NCBI RefSeq assembly: GCF_001194135.2
Contig: NC_068988.1
Span: forward strand, 79,061,338-79,125,337
Direction: 5' to 3'
DNA length: 64,000 nucleotides
Origin: Octopus bimaculoides
Taxonomy: Eukaryota
Part shown: positions 40,487-52,279 of the stretch, piece after piece
Layout: each line of letters starts with the position of its first letter
How positions within the stretch are numbered: the stretch's first letter is position 1
Position numbers and translations under genes: made by a program
Notes under the pieces: generated by a model
Told to the model about the DNA's origin: nothing
Databases searched by the model: none
What the model saw: the letters and a program-made list of their open reading frames with translations, nothing else

Positions 40487-40546
<60 letters not shown>

Positions 40547-40639
40547 GGAAGCTGTTCACCTCACGCTTACAGTAAGTCATGGGTGCCTATTGATATCTTT
40601 TCTGTACATACTGACATTCGATCCACAACTGCGGAAATT

Positions 40640-41640
40640 TAAGCACCATGTTCAGACTGAGCTACGAAAAAGCTATGTCGGAATATGTGGACTATGAATC
40701 TGTAATACTGTGAGACTCAACGGAAATCAAAGTTGTTCACGATATGCCAAATTTAAGCCTGTGATTGGCAAAAAAATGAATTAGTAAACCGAGCGCATGC
40801 TGTTAAACAATATCTTGAGACGTTGGGGTAATGGTCCTGTTAGGTTTCTTGGATGCTGGTGCGGTTCGAATATCCAGCTGGATAGGAATTAGAACGAGAC
40901 TAACAATATATTTTCGAGTCTCACCAAGAAACGGGTTGAGAAAAAGTTATACTTTGGTTAAGTTGGCTGAACATGTTAACTTTTTTATATGGTATTGCAC
41001 TGATCGTCGTGCGTTCCCTGACTTTGTGTGGCAGTGTCAGAGGGTCGCTTTTTTGCTTCTTGTGAAAGAGGAACTTTATACAATTAAAAGAACTGCAGTG
41101 CTGGGTTAAACGAAAACCACGCTAGGGCCTCCTGGCATCTGGAATATTGTCAGATGTTCACAGCCACTTAAGTCTGGCAATACAATCGGAGAACTTCCGT
41201 GACAGTGACATATAGACAACTAGTAGGGGAAAGATAATTCTCGGGAAACTCTAGGCGTCACTATGACTCAGCTGGCTAGTTTGTTCTGCGCAGAAACTAT
41301 AGATAATTTGTAGAAGTTCTGGCCTTACAATGATATCTGGGTGGAGAGATGCCAATCCGAGACCAACTTTAAAAGCTCGGAAGTGTCGCCAGCCGGATCT
41401 GTCGGTTATGGGTGCAGAGCGGCGAAACACTTTTACACATACTTGTTCAGTAAACTTGTATTACTGACCTGTAGGTATATTTTCGAACACATCTATAGAT
41501 TCGTCTATCAGCCATGTTGAAGTAGTTTTTCTCTTCAGGAAGTGGTTGTAATGTGGACGGGACAGAATAGGATCGTCGCGAGGCGTCTTCCTCTTTGGAC
41601 AAGCCCTCGCCAACTTTTTCAAGTTTTAATTGAAGGGAAA
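40640..41640 (+). mobile_element. Decayed Tx1-clade ORF2 (RT C-terminus onward)
   Basis: GPVRFLGCWCGSNIQLDRN at 40833; downstream segments parallel the post-RT region at 55285-55500. Confidence 0.65.
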
Positions 41641-41875
41641 GATGAGGAAGGAGGAGGTGCTGCACTCCAGTAAAATCTTTAAACGATTGGTGAGGCAGGC
41701 GAATGTGGCACATGTGAACGGGCTTAGTCTTAGCATGCATTTGTACATACACACATGTATGATTAGAGTGCTAATGCGTTGAGTAAAGCACGGTTTGGAT
41801 TACCTGGTGTCATCCGCAATTGGGGTATATTTCCGTTGGATCTACTTCAGGAATTCCGTAGTGTTAGTTTATATA

Positions 41876-42832
41876 ATAATCAGCAAATGAAACAGAAGAT
41901 GGATTTGCTATTAGTCTTTATTCCGTACGACGATCGTTTCGGCCCATCCTGCGACTGTCTTTTATGTCTGGGATGATGTACTTCATATTGTGCTGCATGA
42001 GTTTTGCAGTCTGGGCCATTTCAGGTACATGCATACATAAAGTGGTGTCCCGTTAAAAATACTGAGTTCAGGCAGTCTTGTTGGTTTTTGACCGCTTCGT
42101 TAGGAAATAGGGTTTGGCTGCGATTGTCCTTATGTTAAATATTCATAAATAATTGTAAATAATTGTAAATATAAAATATAAATTGTAGAAGGGAAAAGAA
42201 GATATACAGCAGAAAGTGTGTGGGAAGGGATATAGATAGGGTGAAACCTGTTAACGAAGGATAAGATATAGAAGGGGTGGGGCCTGTTAAAGAGGGATTA
42301 GATTGCGTTAAGTTTAAAGGTAATACACTTGCTAACACGGGGGAGGAATGGGATGTGTATAGGCACATAGATACACATTCACACACAAACACGCACATAT
42401 ACTGACACAGAGACGTAGGCGCCCACATTCACCCTGACCCACGCGGTCCGTAAACACTTACAGTCCTACGATTAATGATCGGAAGATAAATGCAGTAAAA
42501 GTCTGTCATCACAGTTACTTTGACATGAAGACGGGGGTCTGGTAGGTGTCATGTGACAGACTGTGTTACGCATGCTTTATCAATAGCACGTTGGGTTGTC
42601 GTTCGTCCATCGGTCACAGTCGACATGACACACTCGTACGTATAAAAGTATATGTATTCACATGTGTACATACATAATGATATATTTAACTACACATGTG
42701 TGTGAACTGATGCAACACAAAATGATGCACATCAAACTACACAAAAGGACAGTTGCAGAATGGGTCAAAACGATAGTCGTACGGAATAAACACTAATACC
42801 AAATCCACCTTCTGTTTCATTAATCGATTATA
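41876..42832. mobile_element. Unclassified element bounded by ~120-bp imperfect inverted repeats
   Basis: 41886-42003 matches the reverse complement of 42704-42822 at roughly 80% by eye; also visible as similar peptides in ORFs 41779(+) and 42737(-). Confidence 0.75.
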
Positions 42833-42834
42833 TG

Positions 42835-42881
<47 letters not shown>

Positions 42882-43124
42882 TATATCATATATATTGTAT
42901 ATATACATATTTGCATGCACACACACATATACAGACATATGTCTATATACAATTACACCTCCACCCTACACATACATGCATGCGTGTGTGTGTATGTGTG
43001 TAAGNNNNNNNNNNNNNNNNNNNNNNNNNNNNNNNNNNNNNNNNNNNNNNNNNNNNNNNNNNNNNNNNNNNNNNNNNNNNNNNNNNNNNNNNNNNNNNNN
43101 NNNNNNNNNNNNNNNNNNNGTGCG

Positions 43125-43200
<76 letters not shown>

Positions 43201-45655
43201 CATACATACTTACAAACCTTGAAAAGGAAATTTTTCGATCCCGTCGTATTTGTGACTTGAAATAGAAAGCCAGCGTTACAAGAAAAATGCAACATAACGA
43301 TGGAATATTCATCGATACAATAATTAACAGACTAAAATATGTAGTGACGTCAATATGATTGATTGAAACGTTTGAAGTCAGGCCCCTGCAAAGTTGAAGT
43401 GCAATGTTTGAAACCTGAAACAGAAAAGACAATCGATTTAGCACCTAACTAGAACATTGGAAAAACTAGGCGCTGAGTGCATGTTCCACTGGAATTTTGT
43501 TTATAACTTTAAATCACCCTGAATATGAGATAGTGTCTCTGGCATGTCAAACGTATTAACGTTGTTCGAGTATGTGGAAATTAATTATGAAAAAAAAAAG
43601 AAAAAAGAGATACATCTTCGATTCGATAAAAAAGCAGATATTAAACCATTACGAATAGAATCATTCGTTGATTACGTATGAATTCAACATTCTTATTTAA
43701 CTGGCATTTACTTTTAAAGAGGGGCAAACGAACAGCGATAACACATTCAGTTGAATCGATAACTCATGAAACATCAATACTGTTCATATATTCCCTTTTC
43801 TCTCAGTTTTAGAAATATTTCCGTTAATCGCATAACTCTTCATTGATAATGGGTCTCTAATCCGTAGGATCCAAGTTTCTATTTCTGAGTAGCAGTCGCT
43901 TCAGATTATTCATAATGCAGGCGATCTCACAGACTTTAATCATACTAATTGACAGGGAATGATGGAAAATACTGCCCTATCTTCATTGATGCTATTTACA
44001 TGTGTCTTTTCTTTTCACATCGTCCATTATAAAGTTGGCGTTGTCATTGTAATCCTTCTGAAATTGTCTTTTATTTCTTGATCCTTCCATATTCCTTTTG
44101 TATGAGTGCTTAGTCTATCCTCTAGATCTTTATGTACATCTATTTAATAAAACAGCAGAAGTTCCATACGTGATGATACTTATTTGATAAAGCTCATAAA
44201 TGAAGTAGGTTAACATTATTTTTGCTGAATATCCCTTTTGTGATTGCACCTAATACAATCAGCTCTTTGAAAATGACCGAATCTTACTACAATTATTAAT
44301 GACAATAATGAAATATTCTCCCACCCCACCTCTTAACTACTTGATTAGATGTATTTCTGAACATGCAAAGAATTCGTCTCATAATAAATAATCACAAAGT
44401 AAGTTGTTAATCTACACAGTATTTTTGACTCCGGCCTCAAGATTTGTTTCCGTAAACTTCCTTTAATCGCTATTCCAATCAGCTTTCCATTATACTATTA
44501 CGGATACACGTACATGTACATTACAGTGTTGAAATTCATCACTTTCGACCTTTTCAGCTGACATCTTGTATCGTCATTTTCTTTTGTCAAGGAAACGATA
44601 ATCAACAGACAACTCTTTCAGATCTAGTTCAAAATATAGTTCATCGCTAAGCAACCATTACTATCGTGTCTGCGGGAATAGATATTCAACGGATGTCACC
44701 TTCGGTTCTTCCCCTTTCCAATCCACAAACATTTTCACTTAGATGAGTATTCCTTTTTCTTCGGTTAAATTCAACGTGAAAAGGAAAAAATAAACAGCTA
44801 ACTTTTCAATATTGTATTGCTACAGAGTCTTTTCTTCGCCTTTTGACTTGCCTAATTCCTTAGCAACAAAATAATAATAAAATATACCGCAGTTGTCTGC
44901 ATATAGCCATATTTATTTTTAATACCTTTTATCCATTTTTACGAGATAGTTAAAATAATACTTAAAGTAGGTAGCATCCAACTTCCAGTCAACAATATTA
45001 AGAGAAATATAATTTAGTGTTTGTAAATACACGTTAAACCCCGCCCACGAAGACTTCAAAGCTATACTATGCACATAAACATATTCATGGGGAAATTACA
45101 TAGCTGTTATAGAAGTTTACTACTAATTTTATTTTAATATTTCTTGTGAGTTTGGCTCTCAACATCGGAACCGAGTTATATCCCATATAACTTAAGTTGT
45201 TGCTAATGCATTGAATAAATTACACACAAAAGAAAAAAAACTCTTAATGAATTAAAATATGCTTCTTCGGTGGAGAAAATAAACAAAGTTCACAAGCAGT
45301 AATTTATGGTGAGACAGTAATGATACAATCATAAGAAATTAAGAATTAATTTCACAGAAAGTTCAATTGATGAGCTTGGAGAGAGAGCGAATCTTTGATA
45401 GCAGACAAGGTGACAGCTATGGACATCTTTTGATCTTATTAGACCTCGTAAAGGAAACATAATCCTCGCAAGCTTTTGTTCTTTAGTGAACAAAGGAAAT
45501 CTGTTACAAACAATTTTGGCCGATCAAATGTGCATAATTATAACGGCGAGTAAGAAACATAACAGTTACTAGTTACAACCTGCTACATATTGATTCCACT
45601 CCTCAGTATAAGCAGTAATTAGACTAATAGAGTAAGGGATACGTATATACATATA

Positions 45656-45886
45656 TACTCTTTTTTCTTTACTTGTTTCAGTCATTTGACTGCGGCCATG
45701 CTGGAGCACCGCCTTTAGTCGAGCAAATCGACCCCAGGACTTATACTTTGTAAGCCTAGTACTTATTCTATCGGTCTCTTTTGCCGAACCGCTAAGTTAC
45801 GGGGACGTAAACACACCAGCATCGGTTGTCAAGCGAAGTTGGGGGGGACAAACACAGACACACAAACATATGCACACACACACACG

Positions 45887-45943
<57 letters not shown>

Positions 45944-46106
45944 GACGGGCTTCTTTCAGTTTCCGTCTACCAAATCCACTCACAAGGCTTTGGTCGGCCC
46001 GAGGCTATAGTAGAAGACACTTGCCCAAGGTGCCACGCAGTGGGACTGAACCCAGAACCATGTGGTTGATAAGCAAGCTACTTACCACACAGCCACTCCT
46101 GCGCAT
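45656..46106 (-). mobile_element. Full-length tRNA-derived SINE family A with CORE-like motif and internal microsatellite
   Basis: Minus strand: A box tggctgtgtgg (46085-46095), B-box-like gttcagtccc (46042-46051), ccttgggcaagt (46019-46030), (TA)(TG)n, 3' hairpin cagtc-aaat-gactg, aagtaaaga tail. Confidence 0.93.
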
Positions 46107-46214
46107 ATAATATGCACATATAATATGTGTTAGAACGATCCTATGTTAACAGACCACTAGAGAGTAACGAGATTTGAGAAAAATTCAAGATGGCTTCGGA
46201 AGAATAGGCCTCCA

Positions 46215-46746
46215 TTGATCAGATCAGGCCACGGAAGCGGCGTAATTTTTCTTATATTTCAGGAAGATGTTGACAGGGAGCTGCAGTATAGATTATTCAG
46301 TGACATCCGCTCAGCCACTCTCATCCGATGGGATCAGACACTACTCGAGAATGTCTTGAAAGGAAGGTATACACGGCAGTTACTACATTCCTTCAGTTGC
46401 AGTGATATGGAACATTCCACCCTCCTGTTTCGCTTCATCTGGAGACTTCGTGACCATCGAACTACTTCCCCAAGAAGTGGAATATCATTACCTGAAACTC
46501 GCAATTGCCAACAATGTTCAGCAACCTACTCTTTCCATCAACAGGAAGAAAGAATTTTCTTATTGTTGCCACCAAAGGTATGCCCTGTTAATGGACTTCA
46601 AGCCACTGGCAGCTGAAATACATATATACAACCCTAGAAGGGGAGAGTATTTAATCACTGCCGGCTGTACAGGGTACAGTCCGGCCCATGATGGTCATCC
46701 TACCTCAATTTTAAACATAGACCGTCAAATTTGGTTACCCACATAA
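46215..46746 (+). other. Unassigned coding-like island with two overlapping open frames (46215-46616 and 46360-46746)
   Basis: Visibly more GC-balanced than the flanks; strong acceptor tttttcttatatttcag before 46263; no recognised family. Confidence 0.3.
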
Positions 46747-47799
46747 ATGCTGCCACCGCTAATTTGCTGCCTAACTTACCAGCCAATACACTCAAACCTA
46801 CCTTGTGTGGTATCAAATACAATGAACTGATGTCGCTTAGTGCACTCTACTACTGCATGCAGGCATAGTGGTGGCAGCTACTTGCTAATATTTATGATTA
46901 AAGAGAACTGATGCCACGTCTGCATCATTGATCTCACGTGATTTGAGTTGCCCGATAGCGGTCGAACATAAAAAATCCATGTTAAATCTGTCTCAAATCC
47001 CGTTACTCTTCTCTAGATATCAGATGAGATGGGTTCGTCCGATCAGCCCTTGGAGCTCTAAGTGATATAGAACTGAGTCAAGCTGTTATTAAGAACTATA
47101 TGCAATTCCTGCCAAATGTGAGTGCCGCTTTATTTCGGTTGTCCACTTACTTGTATATACATATACTTGCACGCACGCGCACTCGCACCTTCACACGCGT
47201 ATACACACACACATGTTCAAAGAAGTACTGAAGAATATATAAATGATTAGCTCTAGTTGTGAATGGCTGTGAATTTGGCAGGCCAACAAATGAATGGTAA
47301 AGCAAACGCAATTCAACAGTAATATTTCGTAGATTATTGTAAGTGATGTGGTTTCGTGCTTGGAAGGATTTCTAGTTCAACGCTTTTAGCGAAAAATGGC
47401 ATTCAATTATCGTACTCTTTAAGACCAGTGTATATTATTCTTCGCTGTACTCATATTTACATATATTCAGAATGTGAAACCTACGGCAAAATTTTCTTTG
47501 TCAGAAATACAGCGAGACATATTTAACTCAATAACAACTATTTTACCGCATCTATTTCTATTTTTAATTTCTTAAACCAACTTTCCTTCATGTGTCCCTG
47601 AAGCTTACAGAAAGGACATTTAGAACAGATCGATCTGCCATCTCCTCATACACATGCATACGCATACATGCATACACATACATGCATACGCATACATGCA
47701 TACATATATACCAAAATATACACATATACACGAGCATATACACATATACACACATATACAAATATATACATAGGTACGGGATGCATTCCAGACATTTTG

Positions 47800-48170
47800 A
47801 GACGTTTTCAAGAGAAACAGATGGACTTGCTTTGTTTGGCTTTCTTGAGACTGGGGGAGCCAAGAGTCTTCCATTGGCAATCTGAATCTCGATATTTGGA
47901 TCATATCAGTAGATCCAGCTTTTGTAACTAGTCCCCAGAAACTCAGGTTCTCTTGGACTGGTTATGTGCTCAACTATTTCCGTGTTTTCACCAACGTATC
48001 TTTCCACTTGTTCGTCACTGAACACTCTGGGATCAAACTTTCTACAAATCTTGCACATGTCCAGATCTTGTATGCTTGTCTTTATAGACACACGAAGAAC
48101 TTCATCCAGAAAATTGCGAATTTTTTCCAATAGCTCTAACGTTCTGACACTCCACTCCTTCTAAAACATT
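47800..48170 (-). mobile_element. Mariner (DD34D) transposase remnant
   Basis: QDLDMCKICRKFDPRVFSDEQ...EPEFLGTSYKSWIY*YDP resembles the mariner KFVPR.L...VTGDESWIY.YDP motifs. Confidence 0.85.
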
Positions 48171-50535
48171 TCATCGTTTCTTACTTCCTCTCTACCACCC
48201 TCGGACCTCTTTTGTCAGTAAAAAACAGATGTTTGACTCATACAAGTTAATCCGTAAGCAATCTGGAGTATTTCTAGCGTTTTTGCTCAGTTTAACACAA
48301 ATCTTTATTGCACAGCAAGTTTCCAAATTGCTTTCACGTCCCGACTGCATTCTGCAAAGTAGTCAGCTGTGGCAAATAGTGTATAGTATCGTGTGTTAAA
48401 AATGTTGTCACAGCTGTCTCCTTCAGTCTGGAATAACAAAAGTTGGCAGGTTAGCTTATTAGATAAATAGTAATGACATCATAAAATTACAATAATCTAA
48501 GACAGTTAAGAGTGCTTCTCTTTAAAAAAGATCTCAAAACGTCTGGAATGCATCTGGTACAAACATATTTTGTAGAGTAGAAAGAAACATTTCAAAACAT
48601 ATTTCAAAAATATCATTAGCTTTTACTATAAATTTTTCCATGAGTTACATGAAAATATCACCAAGTATTTGATAATTACATAATTAACTCTAGCTATTAA
48701 TGCACACTCATAATACATTCATATCGGCAGATTGGCAGGAAGAAAGGCATCACATCTCACCCAAAAGGCTATACCTTCACTACGCAGGAGCAATCAATAG
48801 TCCCTGTAAAATGAAGAAGAGTACATGGTGCCTGCATACTAAGAGGGAATAAATTCCCTTCTATACTACTACATGTCACAGAAAATATCTCGTGTCGTTT
48901 CAACGCGAAAGATATCCCCCATATCATCAACAGTTTCCCAGATATGTTTGCAAACTACTATCTTGCTCTGATATTTGACATTGTTGCCAAAAACTATTTA
49001 CAATATTCGATTGTATTGTCGCGATGTTCATGTCAGTAGCATACCAGAACCAGAATATATCGTCATCTTTATGGATAAGGGATGTTTCTGGAATACTCCA
49101 ATAAAAAAATCAATCCGGTATAAACAAAAAGAACAGCAGTCATGCAGTGTTAAATATGCCAGCTGTCCAACAGATTGGGTCACTAGGCTCTGCAGGTCAC
49201 GTTTAAAAATCAATTGGGATGGTGAGATTTTCTATGAAAGAACAAAAGAAACTGTCTCTCATCCTTTAAATCCGAGAATAGTAAGGATTCATAAAACATT
49301 TCAAAACACACACAATTTCATTTGTATATTGCATAAGTCGTTACTCCAAATTATTAGTTAATCTAAATCTGAAGCTAGTTTAGTACTGATTTCCACAGTC
49401 ACTTTTTCACAACATTTGTATAAAATCATGAAAAATAAATCAAGTCGAAAAATTATCTGTGAAAAAATACAAATTGTCTAACCAATTCCTTGACTTTGCA
49501 AAGGTTCTAGTCACTTGAATTGAAATCATACTGGTCGTTTTTGCAGAAGATTTTCCGAGAACTTTAGTTTATCATGATTATTATTTCAATTAACCTACTT
49601 ACTTCACTGGTACTTAAATGATCGGTAACAAGTGAAGAAAAAGGTGTAAATGACCAAGGTAGGTTTTGAAATGAGAGCGCAGAGAGACGTAATATTGCAT
49701 TTTTTATATAATTCACTTGAATTCTTCTTATATTCTCCCCTTTTTGTTACTTTACAAGATCAGAGAGGACATACGTCGTGATGGAGAGTTTCGTAAACAT
49801 GTTTTCAAGCATGTCCAAGCATAATCACGGTGAAATGAGCGAAGTTAGTGAAACAAAATGTTTAAACTAGTACAGAATATAACAGACTATTTGTACATGA
49901 CGGCGTGTTTACTGTAACAACCAGACTCACCGAGAAAGAGAAAAAATATTCTGTGTGGTAAAAAGGAATGAAACGAATAATATAGACAAGTTTGCTTTTG
50001 TAAACGTAAAAATTTTTTTTAAATTATTGACATGAAATTTTTTTTTCTTTGATTTCATTCTGAAATTTTGTTTGATGTTCAAAGGATAGTTTTTGATTTA
50101 TAATTATAGCTGTGATTTTATTGATTTTTATTTCAGTTAAATTTACTGAAGTTTTTTTGTTTCTAATTTGATTAGTTTTATGGTCTTTAGTTTTATTTTA
50201 TTTCTGTGTCATCACATTCAAAGACAAATTGTTATTTTCCCATCCTACTAAAATTGCTTCTCATATTTTTTAACAAAGTCCAATCATAGCTCACTTTAAT
50301 TTATCGTCTCTTTCAATATTCGATCTATATTATTTTGTATTCTTTCTTTGTTGTTTGCTGTAGTAATTATTTCGGTTTTGTTCCAATTCTCTATTTTGTT
50401 GATGTCGCCATGTCTTGATGTACTTTTAATAACTATTTACATGAAAAGTGTATTGATTACTTTACGTAACGATATTATTCAATGCAGTATTTATAAATTA
50501 TGTAAGAAATTATTTTTCGTATCTAATTATGTCTG

Positions 50536-50566
<31 letters not shown>

Positions 50567-51088
50567 NNNNNNNNNNNNNNNNNNNNNNNNNNNNNNNNNN
50601 NNNNNNNNNNNNNNNNNNNNNNNNNNNNNNNNNNNNNNNNNNNNNNNNNNNNNNNNNNNNNNNNNNNNNNNNNNNNNNNNNNNNNNNNNNNNNNNNNNNN
50701 NNNNNNNNNNNNNNNNNNNNNNNNNNNNNNNNNNNNNNNNNNNNNNNNNNNNNNNNNNNNNNNNNNNNNNNNNNNNNNNNNNNNNNNNNNNNNNNNNNNN
50801 NNNNNNNNNNNNNNNNNNNNNNNNNNNNNNNNNNNNNNNNNNNNNNNNNNNNNNNNNNNNNNNNNNNNNNNNNNNNNNNNNNNNNNNNNNNNNNNNNNNN
50901 NNNNNNNNNNNNNNNNNNNNNNNNNNNNNNNNNNNNNNNNNNNNNNNNNNNNNNNNNNNNNNNNNNNNNNNNNNNNNNNNNNNNNNNNNNNNNNNNNNNN
51001 NNNNNNNNNNNNNNNNNNNNNNNNNNNNNNNNNNNNNNNNNNNNNNNNNNNNNNNNNNNNNNNNNNNNNNNNNNNNNNNNNNNNNNNN

Positions 51089-51308
51089 AAACACAGACAC
51101 ACAAATATATACACACACATACATATACATATATATACATATATACGACGGGCTTCTTTCAGTTTCCGTCTACCAAATCCGCTCACAAGGCTTTGGTCGG
51201 TCCGAGGCTATAGTAGAAGACACTTGCCCAAGGTGCCACGCAGTGGGACTGAACCCAGAACCATGTGGTTGGTAAGCAAGCTACTTACCACACAGCCACT
51301 CCTACGCC
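51089..51308 (-). mobile_element. SINE family A, 5' half (rest in gap)
   Basis: Near-identical to 45850-46106. Confidence 0.92.
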
Positions 51309-51340
51309 TAAAATTCGTTTAAGATATTTTTTCAAAATCT

Positions 51341-51393
51341 TCTTAACTGAAGAGGCAACGAAAACTGCCAAAACTGACGCATCAGTATCAAGA
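51341..51393 (+). ncRNA. Type I hammerhead motif with a G12-to-A core lesion
   Basis: TCTTAA-CTGAAGA-GGCA(ACGAAAAC)TGCC-AAAA-CTGACGCATCAG-TA-TCAAGA. Confidence 0.65.
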
Positions 51394-51704
51394 ATTCTCG
51401 ATCGGTACTTTTCGGACGACTTTAGTCCCTGTTAGTGTATATGTTTTCATTCATGTGCATTAATTACAACACTATAGCGGTTTAGCTCTTATTTCTAGAA
51501 ATGTAGGTGTTTCCTCACACCCTAGTCTCCTTTAGTGAGATTCGTAATTATCCTTTTTGATGAAACATTGCAAACTGCTGTTTATATTAATTTTACATAT
51601 ACACATTAGCGAATCGCTGAATCATTCAATTATTTGAATGACGGAAGCATAAATACTAATGGTCAATTGAGTCCGGAAAGTGCCGAACAATCGCCTAGTC
51701 GAGC
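51341..51704 (+). repeat. Hammerhead-bearing repeat unit, copy 1 (retrozyme/Penelope pLTR-like)
   Basis: 51341-51526 aligns with 56522-56704; the end aagtgccgaacaatcg..agc (51678-51704) matches sequence just upstream of the hammerhead in copy 2. Confidence 0.75.
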
Positions 51705-51854
51705 CTTTTTTCTGCTATCCGTTATTGTTGAGTGAGTTCGTTTTTGTTCGTTTAACGTTATTTTGTGTATGCTACTTGGATTTGAACTGTTGTCTTTTTT
51801 TACAGTAATTTTCGCCATACGGGGCTGAAAATTTCTGTCCCTTTTATTTTTTTT

Positions 51855-52278
51855 CTCTTTTATATTTTACTTGTTTCAGTCATTTGACTGCGGCCATGCT
51901 GGAGCACCGCATTTAATCGAGCAATTCGACTTCAGGACTTATTCTTTGGAAGCCTAGTACTTATTTCTATCGGTATTTTTTGCCGAACCGCTAAGTCACG
52001 GGAGCGTAAACACACCACCACCGGTTGTCAAGCGATGTTGGGAGGACAAACACAGACAAACAAACATACACACACACATACATATATGTATACAGGTGGT
52101 GAGCTGGCAGAAACGTTAGTACGCCGGGCGAAATGCTTACCAAGTCCACTCACAAGGCTTTGGTCGGCCCGAGGCTATAGTAGAAGACACTTGCCCAAGG
52201 TGCCACGCAGTGGGAATGAACACGGAACCATGTTGTTGGTAAGCAAGCTACTTACCACATAGCCACTCCTGCGCCTAT
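51855..52278 (-). mobile_element. SINE family A copy with an embedded family B head (52094-52139, opposite orientation)
   Basis: The family A segment cgacgggcttctttcagtttccgtcta is replaced by aggtggtgagctggcagaaacgttagtacgccgggcgaaatgctta. Confidence 0.88.
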
Positions 52279-52279
52279 G

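Noticed and set aside
46042-46106. tRNA gene
   Set aside because: A and B boxes are present, but they are the head of a multi-copy SINE and no full cloverleaf was evident.
48975-49361. 128-aa ORF and nearby splice-like signals
   Set aside because: Starts at TTG, AT-rich, no recognisable domain, and no consistent acceptor-donor pair.
50348-51322. Long ORFs through N runs (also at 17298, 36274, 42832, 56603 and 57950) and poly-VC/TH/YI/L ORFs
   Set aside because: Artefacts of gaps and microsatellites.
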